Positions 48,956-58,166 of a stretch of DNA of 64,000 nt are shown in pieces (position 1 is the first letter of the stretch; each line of letters opens with the position of its first letter). Where the stretch lies: contig JADJYZ010000037.1 in NCBI GenBank assembly GCA_016719515.1, forward strand, positions 34,630-98,629, written 5' to 3'. The notes beneath the pieces are model-generated. The model made no database searches. It saw only the letters and a list, made by a program, of their open reading frames with translations, and had not been told where the DNA came from. This DNA comes from Deltaproteobacteria bacterium (lineage in GTDB: Bacteria > Myxococcota_A > UBA796 > CAJQPC01). A program made the translations under genes and the position numbers.

Positions 48956-51923
48956 TCACTCCTCAAGGGGGCTCAGCAGGTCGAGCGCCTCGTCCATCGA
49001 GTACGCTCCGATCCTGAGTGGCCCAGCCCCCTCTCCGAGTGAATTTATCCACGCAAGAACTTGACCTTTTGGCAAGGTGAACCGCGCCCCCGCCGCCGCC
49101 AAGGTCGCGAAGCCCTCGAGCTGAATCGGCGCGCTCCGTGCGGCGAGCAAGGCGTTGAGGATCGTGGACAGATCGCCTTCGCCCGTCGCCGCGAAGCGTA
49201 AGGCCGAGGCCGAGGCCACGCCGGGCTGAATGCCTTGGGCGGCGAACAAGGCCTCCGCCGCCTTCGCCAGGGCCCCCGCGGCGGGGTGCCCAGCGCGCAG
49301 GGCGATAAAGCCTTCAGTGAGGTTCACCCGGGCGCTCAGAAGCCAGTCCCGAAAGGGCTCGACGAGGGCCACGAGCTCCAGATCGGGCGCCGTGACCACG
49401 CCCCGACGGGCCGCCGCCGAACGTTTGAGCCACTCCGCCCGGGCCTCCTCGACGATGAGCCCCGCGGCCCGGGCCTCGGCCTGAATCTGCTCGGCCAGGG
49501 CCTCCATGCCCTCGACGTCGCCGCGCTCGCGGTCGGCCAAGGCGGCGGCGTCTAACGAGACGAGGCGCCCGGTGAGGCTCGCCCGACGGTCGGCGGCCAC
49601 CCGGTGCAGGCGGCTGGCCTCGGCGAAGCGCCCGGAGAACATGTGGTGGCTCGCCAGCCAGGTCATCAGCCGGGCCTCGGCCTCGGGAGAGGACCGCGTC
49701 GCGGGATGGGCGGCGACGCGTGAGCAGCGCGTCCTGAACCTCAACGGGCTCCCCGCGCACGCCGCGCACCTGGGCGGCGAAGGCCGACATCGCCAGCTCG
49801 GGATCGTCGTCAAAGAGGCCGGGAGGGCCGAGGGCCTGGACCAGCTCGTCAACACGCCGACCGTGGGCGGCGCGGTGGGCGCGCACGAGGCGCTCCAGGC
49901 GGTGATCTCCCCGGGCGACCTCGGCGGCCTCGTCGAGCCCCCGCCGGTCGGCCCGGGCGAGGAGGAGCCGGGTGAGGGTCTCGCGGACAAAACGGGACTC
50001 TGGCAGCTCTCGGCGGGCGGTCCACAGGGCCCGGATGGCGTCGTTGACGGCCCCAGCGGCCAGCAGGCGCGGGATGAGCGCGGCCAGCTCCGTCTCGAGC
50101 GCGGCGGTCATCCCGGCGGCGAACAGGTGACCGAGGCGGCCCTCCGCGCCCGGGGGCAAGGACTCGGCGATGCGGGCGCGGGCGGCGCGCAGGCGCTCGG
50201 GGCTCCACAAGACGACGGGCTCGGCCAAGGGGCGCGGGAGGTCCGCCTCCCAGGCGATGAGCCCTCGGGCGGCGAGCTCGGTGAGCTGCAAGCGCAGCTC
50301 CCACACCGGCCGCTCCATGAGGCGGCCCACACGCTCGACGGTCTGGTGGGGGGCGGCGAGGATCAGCCAGCGGAGGAGCTCCTCTTGCTCCAACGGCAGG
50401 GGCGGGGCGCGCTCCGCCGACCAGGGCAAGACCGCCTCCGCGCCGAGGCGCTCCAGGCTGGGGAGGCTCACCGCGAGGCCGTCTGGGGTGCTGGTGATCA
50501 CGCCGTCCCGCTCCCAGCGGGCGAGCAGCTCAGCGACCCGACCCGCGAGGCCCCCGGTGCGGCGCAAGACCTCCTGCGCGGCGCGGCTGGGGACGTGGTG
50601 CAGGCGCTCGCTGCCCACAAACAGCGCGGCGAGCGTCTCCGGCGAGACCGTCGGCAGGCGCACGCCGCCCGGCGCGTCACGCACCCGAAGCAGGCCCCCC
50701 CGCGGCGCCGCGCCCAAGAGCGCGGCCTGGGTCCAGGGGTCGAGCTGGGCGAAGTCATCGGCGAAGAGCGGGCCCGGCAGGGTGTTGAAGGCCTCGGAGA
50801 CGGCCTCCGGGCTGAGGCCCTCCTCAAAGATCCGCGGCGGGAGGACGGCGCGCAGGGAGGCGTAGGGGCGATCGGCGGGGACCGCCCAGACCGCGCTGGG
50901 GAGCCGCCGGGCCAGCTCCAAGAGCGCGCGGGTGCGCCCGGATCGCCGCGGGCCGCCAAGATCGACGGTCTCCCCTTGGCTGAGGCGCTCGGCGAGGGCG
51001 TCGAAGAGCGAGGGATCACCGAGGATGGCGCGGGTGCTGGCGCCCAACAGGGGCACGCCGCGCAGGGCTTGGAGCGCCTCCGCCGCCGTCGGGCGCTCGG
51101 CGGGATCCTTGCGGAGAAGCCGCATGATGAGGTCGGCGGCGACGGCGGGGATCTCGGCGGCGCGCTGATCCACGGGCACGGGCAGGTCGTTGAGCTTGGA
51201 GAGCCCCAGGCTCAAGGCGTCGTCGCCGAGGTGCGGAGAGGCGCCGGTGAGCGCCTCGTAGAGCATCACACCCACGGCGTAGAGGTCGGCGCGGCCGTCC
51301 ACACGCACCCGGCCTTGGAGCTGCTCCGGCGCGAGGTAACGGGGCGTGCCGATGGGGGCGCCCACCTGGGTCAGCGCGAGGTCTTGGGGCTCACGCTGCG
51401 GCGCCGCCTCTCCCGAGACCAAGCCAAAGTCGAGGATCACCGGCCAGCCCGCCTCGGTGACCAGCACGTTCTCTGGCTTGAGGTCGCGGTGGACGAGCCC
51501 GAAGCTGTGGACCTGGTGGATGGTCTCTAAGAGCGCCTCGACGATGGGGCCCAAGACGGACCACGGGCCGCGGGGGAAGGGGCGCCCCTCTATGAGCGCC
51601 ATGCTGATCCAGGCCCGCCCCGCCTCGGCCTCCCCATGATCGTAGAGCGTCACCACCCCCGGCAGCCGGGCGAGGTCCAAGGCGGCGACCTCCCGCGCCC
51701 AGCGCGCCCGCCGCGCCGGGCCGCCCAAGGAGAGGATCTTGAGGGCCACACGCTCGCTGCGGGTGGGGTCCACCACCTCCCAGACCTCCCCAAAGCCGCC
51801 CGCGCCCAGACGCCGGGTGAGCGTGAAGCGCCCAAAGCGCGCGCGCGGGACAAGCTCCAAGGCGCCAGAGGGGCTCGTCCACCCGTCCGCAGAGGGCCCG
51901 CTCGGGGTGGGATCAGCGGCCAT
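48956..51923 (-). CDS. Ser/Thr protein kinase with a large C-terminal P-loop NTPase-like and helical repeat region; frame disruption near 49681-49692
   Basis: N-terminal Hanks kinase (GAGGFGEVW...VALKIL...HRDLKPENVLV...DFGL); the C-terminus continues in ORF 48956..49990 (RLMTWLASHHMFSGRFAEASRLH...) after a 1-nt slip in a C-run. Confidence 0.8.
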
Positions 51924-52025
51924 GCCTTCGCCGGGTGAGAGGTCCGCCGAAGTTTACACAAGCTCCCGCTCGCGCCATGAGTCGATACAACAGGCCGCAC
52001 ACCCGCCGGAGCGTCAAGACTCCCC

Positions 52026-53528
52026 TTGGAAACCTCCTCCCACGACCTCGGCCCAGCCTCCGCCGCGCTCGGCGCCCTCGAGGCGGGAGATCTCGGCCCC
52101 CTCGTCACGCTCTTGAGCGCGTGGCGGCTCGTCGAGGATCCCCGGCTCGTCGAGGCCGCCGCGCGGCGTCTGCGGGGTCGTGACGGCGCGCTCCTCTCGG
52201 CGCGTACGTTGGCCCGCCTGGCCGTCGCCGGGGCGCGCTGGCGGGAGGCCGAGGCCAGCTTTGAGCCGCCGCTCACCACCGACGCCGCCCTCGATGGTCA
52301 GGCCGCCCTGGCCTGGACCGCCTGGTTCGCCGAGGACTTCTACAGCGCCCAGCCCTACGACTATGCCGTGAACCAGCTCATCCCCCGGGTTCAGGCGGTG
52401 TTTCAGGGGGTGCTCAGCGCCGCCGAGCTGCCGCCAAAGGCGCGCCGGGACACGCTGATCGAGCTGGGGGAGGGCGCCTTCGCCACCCTGCTCACCGCCC
52501 GGGACGAGGGGAGCCTGCCCGCGTGGCTCGACATCGCCACCCGCGCCCTGGAGCGTGGCCCCGGCGGCCCGCTGCGCTGCCTCAGCCTCGTGCTCAGCCC
52601 CCAAGAGCGCGCCTCCGCCGGTCTCTGCTTCGCCAGCCGCCGCCTCTGGACGCCGACCTTGGCCGCGATCTGGCCCGACGACGCCCCCCGGGGACGCGCG
52701 GCCCGGCTGAGCGCCTGGCTCCGAGACGACCCCGAGGCCCTGCCGCGGATCACCCACTTTCACCTGCTGAGCCGCCTGATTGAGCGCGCGGCCCACGCCG
52801 GTCCCGAGGCCTTGGGAGACGCGGAGCTGCGGGCGATCTGCCGCCAGAACGTCGCCCGGGCCCGCGCCCGCCTACGCGCCACCCTCGCCGCCCGGCCCGA
52901 GGCCGTGCTCTCGGCGCTGTTGGGCCTCGACGCGCTCCACGCGCGCACCCAAGACGCCGCGGGCCGGTACGCCTACGCCTGGGTGAACCGTGAGCTGACC
53001 TTCGGCCTGTCCATGGGCCACGCCCCTCGGGTGACGCCGCGCTGCGTGGCCCCGGATCCCCTGCCAGAGGGCGCCACCGACGCCGATCCGGCGATGTCCA
53101 TCGACGAGGCGAAGGGCTGGGTGCTGCTGGTGATCTTCCGGGGCCGCCTGGGGCACCTCTGGCGCTGGGTGTACGAGGGCACCACCGGCGACCGGGACTC
53201 GGTCTGGGGCGCCTTGCTCAAGTCCGAGCTGCCGCCGTCTCTGCGTGAGCCCGGCCTGCACCGCCCCCGCCTGCGCCAGACGCTTCGTGCGGAGCTGCCC
53301 GAGCTGCTCTGGGAGCTGGAGCCCGTGCTCAACACCTGGGCGAACCAAGACCTCTCCGAGCCCCGGCGGGTGAAGGCGCGGGTGCTCAAGCTCTTGCAGT
53401 CCACGGCGCCCACAGGCCAGCGCTGGCCCGCCCGAGGGTACGTGGAGTCCGTTCAGCACGTCATCGACGCCCGTCGTCAATTGCAGCGTTGGTCGCGCCA
53501 TCTGGCGCCCGTCTTGCCGTCACCATGA
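52026..53528 (+). CDS. hypothetical Ala/Leu-rich protein (500 aa)
   Basis: Long ORF divergent from the kinase; no recognisable motifs. Confidence 0.5.
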   Translation: METSSHDLGPASAALGALEAGDLGPLVTLLSAWRLVEDPRLVEAAARRLRGRDGALLSARTLARLAVAGARWREAEASFEPPLTTDAALDGQAALAWTAWFAEDFYSAQPYDYAVNQLIPRVQAVFQGVLSAAELPPKARRDTLIELGEGAFATLLTARDEGSLPAWLDIATRALERGPGGPLRCLSLVLSPQERASAGLCFASRRLWTPTLAAIWPDDAPRGRAARLSAWLRDDPEALPRITHFHLLSRLIERAAHAGPEALGDAELRAICRQNVARARARLRATLAARPEAVLSALLGLDALHARTQDAAGRYAYAWVNRELTFGLSMGHAPRVTPRCVAPDPLPEGATDADPAMSIDEAKGWVLLVIFRGRLGHLWRWVYEGTTGDRDSVWGALLKSELPPSLREPGLHRPRLRQTLRAELPELLWELEPVLNTWANQDLSEPRRVKARVLKLLQSTAPTGQRWPARGYVESVQHVIDARRQLQRWSRHLAPVLPSP

Positions 53529-53541
53529 AGGAGGTGATCCC

Positions 53542-54162
53542 TTGCCAGAGAACGGAATCTCTGAGTTTGAGCTCAGCGCGTGGCTGCTCGGCGCGCTTGA
53601 TCCAGATCGTGCCGAGGAGCTGGCCCAGGCCGTCGCGCGCTCCCCGGCCCTCGCCGAGCGCGCCCGCGCGCGCCAGCGCGTCTTGGAGCGGCTGCCCACC
53701 TTACGCGCCCGGCCGATGCCCATCCCCGGGAGCGACTGGCGGGGGCAGCTCGTGGCGCGCCGTGTTCACGCCGGGAATCTCGGCGAGGACGCGCTGGGCG
53801 AGGGCCTACGCCCCGGCGACCGCGTGGAGCTGCGGGTGAGCGCCTTGACCGACCCCACCCGCCGAGAGCTCGTGGCGATGACCCGGGACGCTGAAGGCCG
53901 CTGGGACGTGGTCTGGCCCGAGCACGCCGATGAGCGCACCCCCGTGGAGGCCCTGGAGCGTGACGCCGACGGCGCCTTGAAGGTGAGCCTCTCGGCCTCT
54001 CCCACCATCGGCACCCAGCGCTGGCTGCTGGTCTTCCCCGAGACCCCCTGGCCTGTGGACTGGAGCTTGCCCCGGGCGATCCGCTGGGAGCAGCTCATGG
54101 CGCGCATCTCGACCGGCGCCGTGCCGCTGTTCACCTTTGAGCTGGAGGTGAGCGCGCCCTGA
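53542..54162 (+). CDS. anti-sigma-factor-like protein (RskA-type N-terminal domain, no Zn motif)
   Basis: EFELSAWLLGALDPDRAEELAQAVARSPALAERARA resembles anti-sigma N-terminal domains; 13-nt gap from the upstream gene. Confidence 0.5.
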   Translation: MPENGISEFELSAWLLGALDPDRAEELAQAVARSPALAERARARQRVLERLPTLRARPMPIPGSDWRGQLVARRVHAGNLGEDALGEGLRPGDRVELRVSALTDPTRRELVAMTRDAEGRWDVVWPEHADERTPVEALERDADGALKVSLSASPTIGTQRWLLVFPETPWPVDWSLPRAIRWEQLMARISTGAVPLFTFELEVSAP

Positions 54163-54231
54163 GGAGGATCCCCGTAACGCGGGACGAACGGGCAGAGCGT
54201 TCACCAAGAAGAACGCCTCCCCGGAGCCCTC

Positions 54232-54783
54232 GTGTCCCCCTGCCGAGACCTCACGACCTGGCTGTCCACCTCACGCCCGAGCCTGCTCCGCCGCCTACGC
54301 CATCGGTTCCCGCGGGTGTGCGCCTCGGGCATCGAAGACGCGGCGCAAGAGGCCGCGCTCACCACCGTGCGCCTGAACAAGACGCCGGGATCTTGTGTGC
54401 AGCGCGCCTGGGAGCGGTCGGCGGAGGATCTGGAGCGCCTCGTGTTCACCTTCGCCTGGCGATCGTTGCGTGGGGAGCTGCGCCGGGGCGCCCGCCGGGG
54501 TCACTTTCACCCCGACGGCGTGACGGGCCACCGCGACGCCGCCGCCCAGGTCGAGGCCCAAGACACCCTGCGCCGGGCGCGTCGGCTCATCCCCGACGCC
54601 GCGCAGATTCACGCGCCGCGCACCGCCCCGGCGCTCTCCGCCGCGCTGGAGGACCGCCTTCGCACCGGGGACGACGATCTCGCCGTCGCGATCCGCCACG
54701 GCGTTCACCGCAGCGTGCTCTGCCGGGCGCGGCGGTGGATCTTGACGAGCTTGGTCGGCGAACCCAGCCTCAGGCGGCTATAG
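54232..54783 (+). CDS. divergent ECF-sigma-like protein (sigma-70 regions 2 and 4)
   Basis: DAAQEAALTTVRL...FTFAWRSLRGELRR (region 2-like); LAVAIRHGVHRSVLCRARRWILTSL (region 4 HTH-like); weak. Confidence 0.4.
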   Translation: MSPCRDLTTWLSTSRPSLLRRLRHRFPRVCASGIEDAAQEAALTTVRLNKTPGSCVQRAWERSAEDLERLVFTFAWRSLRGELRRGARRGHFHPDGVTGHRDAAAQVEAQDTLRRARRLIPDAAQIHAPRTAPALSAALEDRLRTGDDDLAVAIRHGVHRSVLCRARRWILTSLVGEPSLRRL

Positions 54784-54812
54784 TGCGCCGAGGTCAGGGC
54801 CCAGGAACCTCC

Positions 54813-55410
54813 ATGCACCACGTCACGTCGCTCCTTCGCGCTGGGCTTCTGCTCGGCGCCGCCCTCCCCTCCTCCGCCCTCGCCTGCAGCTTCATCGAGT
54901 ACGACGAGCACCTCATCGACGACACGATCGAAGACGAGGTCGCCCCCAGCCTGCCCAGCCTCGATGAGCTCGACATCAACCGCGGCGTCGGCCCCACCCG
55001 GGCGGGGTTCGGCTCTCAGATGAGCACGTCCTGCGACGATCTCGGCTGGATCACCCTGCGCCTGAGCGCTGAAGACGACCTCAGCCCGCCGGAGAACCTC
55101 GGCTTCGTCTTCGCCTTAGACACCGGCTCTTTGCCGTTCACCCTGCCGTCCGAGCCCGCGCGGCCCTTCGACGGGTCGATCACCTTCGTGTGGATCGACG
55201 GCGCCACAGACGACCAAGAGCCCATCGAGGCCACGGTCACGGTGAACACCATGGACGAGGCGGGAAACCTCAGCGCCGAGTCCTTGCTGCTCACGATCAG
55301 CGATGAGGGCAGCGAAGAGGGCGTCAAGGGCTGCTCCACGGGATCCGGCGCGCCGGGCCTGGGCCTTGGGCTGTTGGGCCTTGTGGCCTGGCCGCGCCGC
55401 CGCGGGCTGA
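54813..55410 (+). CDS. secreted acidic protein with a MYXO-CTERM tail, paralogue A; stop apparently lost, with read-through into paralogue B
   Basis: Signal peptide MHHVTSLLRAGLLLGAALPSSALA|C; C-terminal KGCSTGSGAPGLGLGLLGLVAWPRRRG; own TATAGT box 30 nt upstream. Confidence 0.6.
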
Positions 55411-55460
55411 GGCCGGGGGCGCCCGCTATAATCCAGAGAGGTCAGGGCCCCGGAACCTCT

Positions 55461-56068
55461 ATGCATCCCGTCAAGTCGCTCCTTCGCGCTGGGCTCTTGC
55501 TCGGCGCGGCCCTGCCCTCCTGCGCGCTCGCCTGCAGCTTCGCCTCCAATGAACAGCACCTCATCGACGACTCGCTCGACGACGTGGTTCCGCCGAGCCT
55601 CCCGAGCTTGGGTGAGCTGTCCATTCAGCGTTGGCACGGCCCCGTCGAGGTCAGCCCCGGCGTAGCGATGAACGACTCCTGCGGCGATCTCGGCTGGGTG
55701 ACGCTGTGGCTCAGCGCCGAAGACGACCGCTCCGCGCCGGAGAACCTCGGCTTCGTCTTCACCTTGGAGAGCGGTGAAGCGCCCTTCACATGGCCGACGG
55801 AGCCGATACGGCCCGCTGAAGACGGCATCCTGTTCATCTGGGTCGACGAGGCGACCGACGAACAGGAGCCCATCGAGGCCACGCTCTCGGTGAACACAGT
55901 AGACGAGGCGGGCAACGTGAGCGACGAGGCCTTGCTGCTCACGATCAGCGACGAGGGCAGCGAGGCGGAGGTCAAGGGCTGCCCACCGCCTCAGGCGCCC
56001 CGGGCCTCGGGCTTCTGAGCCTCGGCCTCGTCGGGCTCACCTGGCGTCGCGCCCGCCGCCAGGCCTGA
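55461..56068 (+). CDS. secreted acidic protein with a MYXO-CTERM tail, paralogue B; 1-nt deletion near 55980-55988 relative to A
   Basis: About 70% identical to A; MYXO-CTERM tail (GAPGLGLLSLGLVGLTWRRARRQA) encoded in the -1 frame after KGC; own TATAAT box upstream. Confidence 0.6.
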
Positions 56069-56095
56069 GCGGCGGCGGCGAGCGTCCGGCGAGGG

Positions 56096-56818
56096 TCAGC
56101 GCTTCTTCTTGCCCTTCGCGGCGGCGGCGGCGGCCTCTTCAGCGGCCTTCGCCGCGGCGGCGGCCTCTTCAGCGGCCTTCGCGGCGGCGGCGGCCTCCTC
56201 AGCGGCCTTCGCGGCGGCGGCGGCCTCTTCAGCGGCCTTCGCCGCGGCGGCGGCGGCCTCCTCAGACGCCTTCACGGCCTCTTGGGCCTCGGTGATCACC
56301 TTGAGCTTGTTGAGGTTGGCCTCAAAGTCGGCGCCGACGACGGTCTCGATCTTCTTGGCGAAGAGCTTGGAGATGCCCTTGAGCTGGCCGTCATCGGACC
56401 AGGTCACCTGCATCCCGCCGTTCGTGGGGCTGAACGTGATGCTGCCCTTGTTGGCGTCGCTGCCGGGCTTCATCAGCCAGATGTCGTACTTGACGCCGCC
56501 GGTGGGGTTGACCTCGGTGAGCGTGAGCTTGCCCCAGCCCATCTCTTTGCCGTCCCACTCCATCGTGTGGCCGACCTGACCGGGCTCGCCGGAGTAGGTC
56601 CAGACACACTCGGGGTCGTACTCGCTGTTCCAGACCGTCCAGTTGTTCCAGTTGTGGAGGTCGGCGACCTGGGCGATGAGGATCTCGGGCCGGGCCTTCA
56701 CCTGCACCGAGCGGTCGACGTGCCAGCTCTTTGAGGCGGCGATGGCGGGGGCGGCGCTGAAGAGGGCCGGGGCGGCGAAGGCCAAGCCAGCGAGCAAGCT
56801 GAAGGCGCGGAGGTTCAT
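56096..56818 (-). CDS. secreted SRPBCC (Bet v1-like) domain protein with a C-terminal (KAAEEAAAAA)n repeat tail
   Basis: Signal peptide AIAAS; SRPBCC-like core (WHVDRSVQVKARPEIL...); 33-nt tandem repeat encoding the A/E helix; KKKR terminus. Confidence 0.6.
   Translation of the reverse strand: MNLRAFSLLAGLAFAAPALFSAAPAIAASKSWHVDRSVQVKARPEILIAQVADLHNWNNWTVWNSEYDPECVWTYSGEPGQVGHTMEWDGKEMGWGKLTLTEVNPTGGVKYDIWLMKPGSDANKGSITFSPTNGGMQVTWSDDGQLKGISKLFAKKIETVVGADFEANLNKLKVITEAQEAVKASEEAAAAAAKAAEEAAAAAKAAEEAAAAAKAAEEAAAAAKAAEEAAAAAAKGKKKR
56109..56270. repeat. 33-nt tandem repeat, about 4.5 copies (GCCTTCGCGGCGGCGGCGGCCTCTTCAGCGGCC-like)
   Basis: Direct reading of near-identical 33-nt units; encodes the KAAEEAAAAA(A) repeats on the minus strand. 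Confidence 0.8.
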
Positions 56819-56907
56819 GGTTCTCTCTCTGTCGGGGGTGTTGGGTTAGAAGACCGGCAGGTTATCGGCTCCTCCCCTCGATCAAGCGCCCAAGCAAAAG
56901 AGGCAGA

Positions 56908-58049
56908 ATGAACGCTCGAATTGACACGCTGCTCGTTCACGCGGGGGCCTTGGACCCGAGCCCTGAAGGCGCCGTCGTCACGCCGATCTTCCGCTCGGCG
57001 AACTACGAGGCCGGTGAAGAAGGCGCCGCCGATGAGGTGCGCTATGTGCGCTACAGCAACACGCCGAACCATCGGGTGCTCGGCGCGCGCCTCGCCGCGG
57101 CGGAGGGGGGCGAGGCGGGGCTGGTCACCGCGAGCGGCATGGCGGCGATCTCGGCGACGCTCTTAAGCGCGCTCTCCGCCGGGGATCACCTGCTCTGCCA
57201 GGCCGGCGTCTATGGCGGCACCACCTCGCTCATGCTGCGCCACCTCCCGCGCTGGGGCGTCGAGGTCAGCTTTGTAGACCTCGACGCGCCGGAGACCTGG
57301 GCCGCCGCGCTGCGGCCGACGACGCGGCTGTTTTATGTGGAGTCGATCTCCAACCCGCTCCTGCGGGTGGGCGCTTTGGATGAGGTTGTCAGTTTCTGCC
57401 AAACCCGCGGCCTCACCTCAGTCATCGACAACACCTTCTTGAGCCCGGCCTTGTTCCGCCCCCTGCCCTTCGGCTTTGACGTGGTGCTGCACTCGGCGAC
57501 GAAGCTGCTCAACGGGCACTCCGACATCGCCGCCGGGGCCATCGTCTCCGACGCCGCCCGGGTGGAGGCCGCCCGGCGCACCCTGAACCACCTCGGCGGC
57601 AGCTTGGATCCCGACGCCTGCGCGCTCTTGGAGCGTGGCCTCAAGACCTTGGGCCTACGCGCCCACCGCCAGTCCAGCTCCGCCCTCACCCTCGCCCACC
57701 GCCTGCGGGTTCACCCCAAGGTGCGCCGGGTCTTCTCCCCGGCCTGCCCGACGACGCGGGCTTCGCGCGGGCCGCGGCCTGGTTTCAAGGCGTTGGTCCT
57801 TGCCTCTCTTTGGAGGTCTCCGACCTGCCCACGGCGATGGCTTTGGTCAAGGGTGTGCGCATCTTCACCCACGCCGCGAGCTTGGGCGGCGTCGAGAGCC
57901 TCATCGTGCGCCCGGCCCGCAGCACCCACGCCCACTTCTCTGCGGAGGAGCGTAGCGCCTCGGGCATCACCGACACCTTGGTGCGCCTGAGCGTCGGGGT
58001 GGAGGACGTCGAGGACCTCTGGGACGATCTGGCGGCGGCCTTGGGCTGA
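56908..58049 (+). CDS. Cys/Met-metabolism PLP-dependent enzyme (cystathionine gamma-synthase/gamma-lyase or methionine gamma-lyase family); frame disruption near 57735-57745
   Basis: MNARIDTLLVHAG..., PLP-lysine motif HSATKLLNGHSD; the C-terminus (SLGGVESLIVRPA...THAHF...LVRLSVGVEDVEDL) lies in ORF 57810..58049. Confidence 0.8.
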
Positions 58050-58166
58050 GGGGAGCGGCCCGCGGAGGGGTGGGTAAGGTCGGCGTAGGGTGCGGCGGAG
58101 AGGTGACCACGGCTATTCGGTCGGCGCTCCTGACCCGAAGGTGAGGAGCTCAAGGACTGAACCACG

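Noticed and set aside
49506-51530. 674-aa plus-strand ORF
   Set aside because: Antisense to the Ser/Thr kinase gene; low-complexity R/G/A-rich translation.
52014-53501. Two long minus-strand ORFs (52014..52796, 52872..53501)
   Set aside because: Antisense to the 500-aa hypothetical gene, which has a better coding frame; shadow ORFs.
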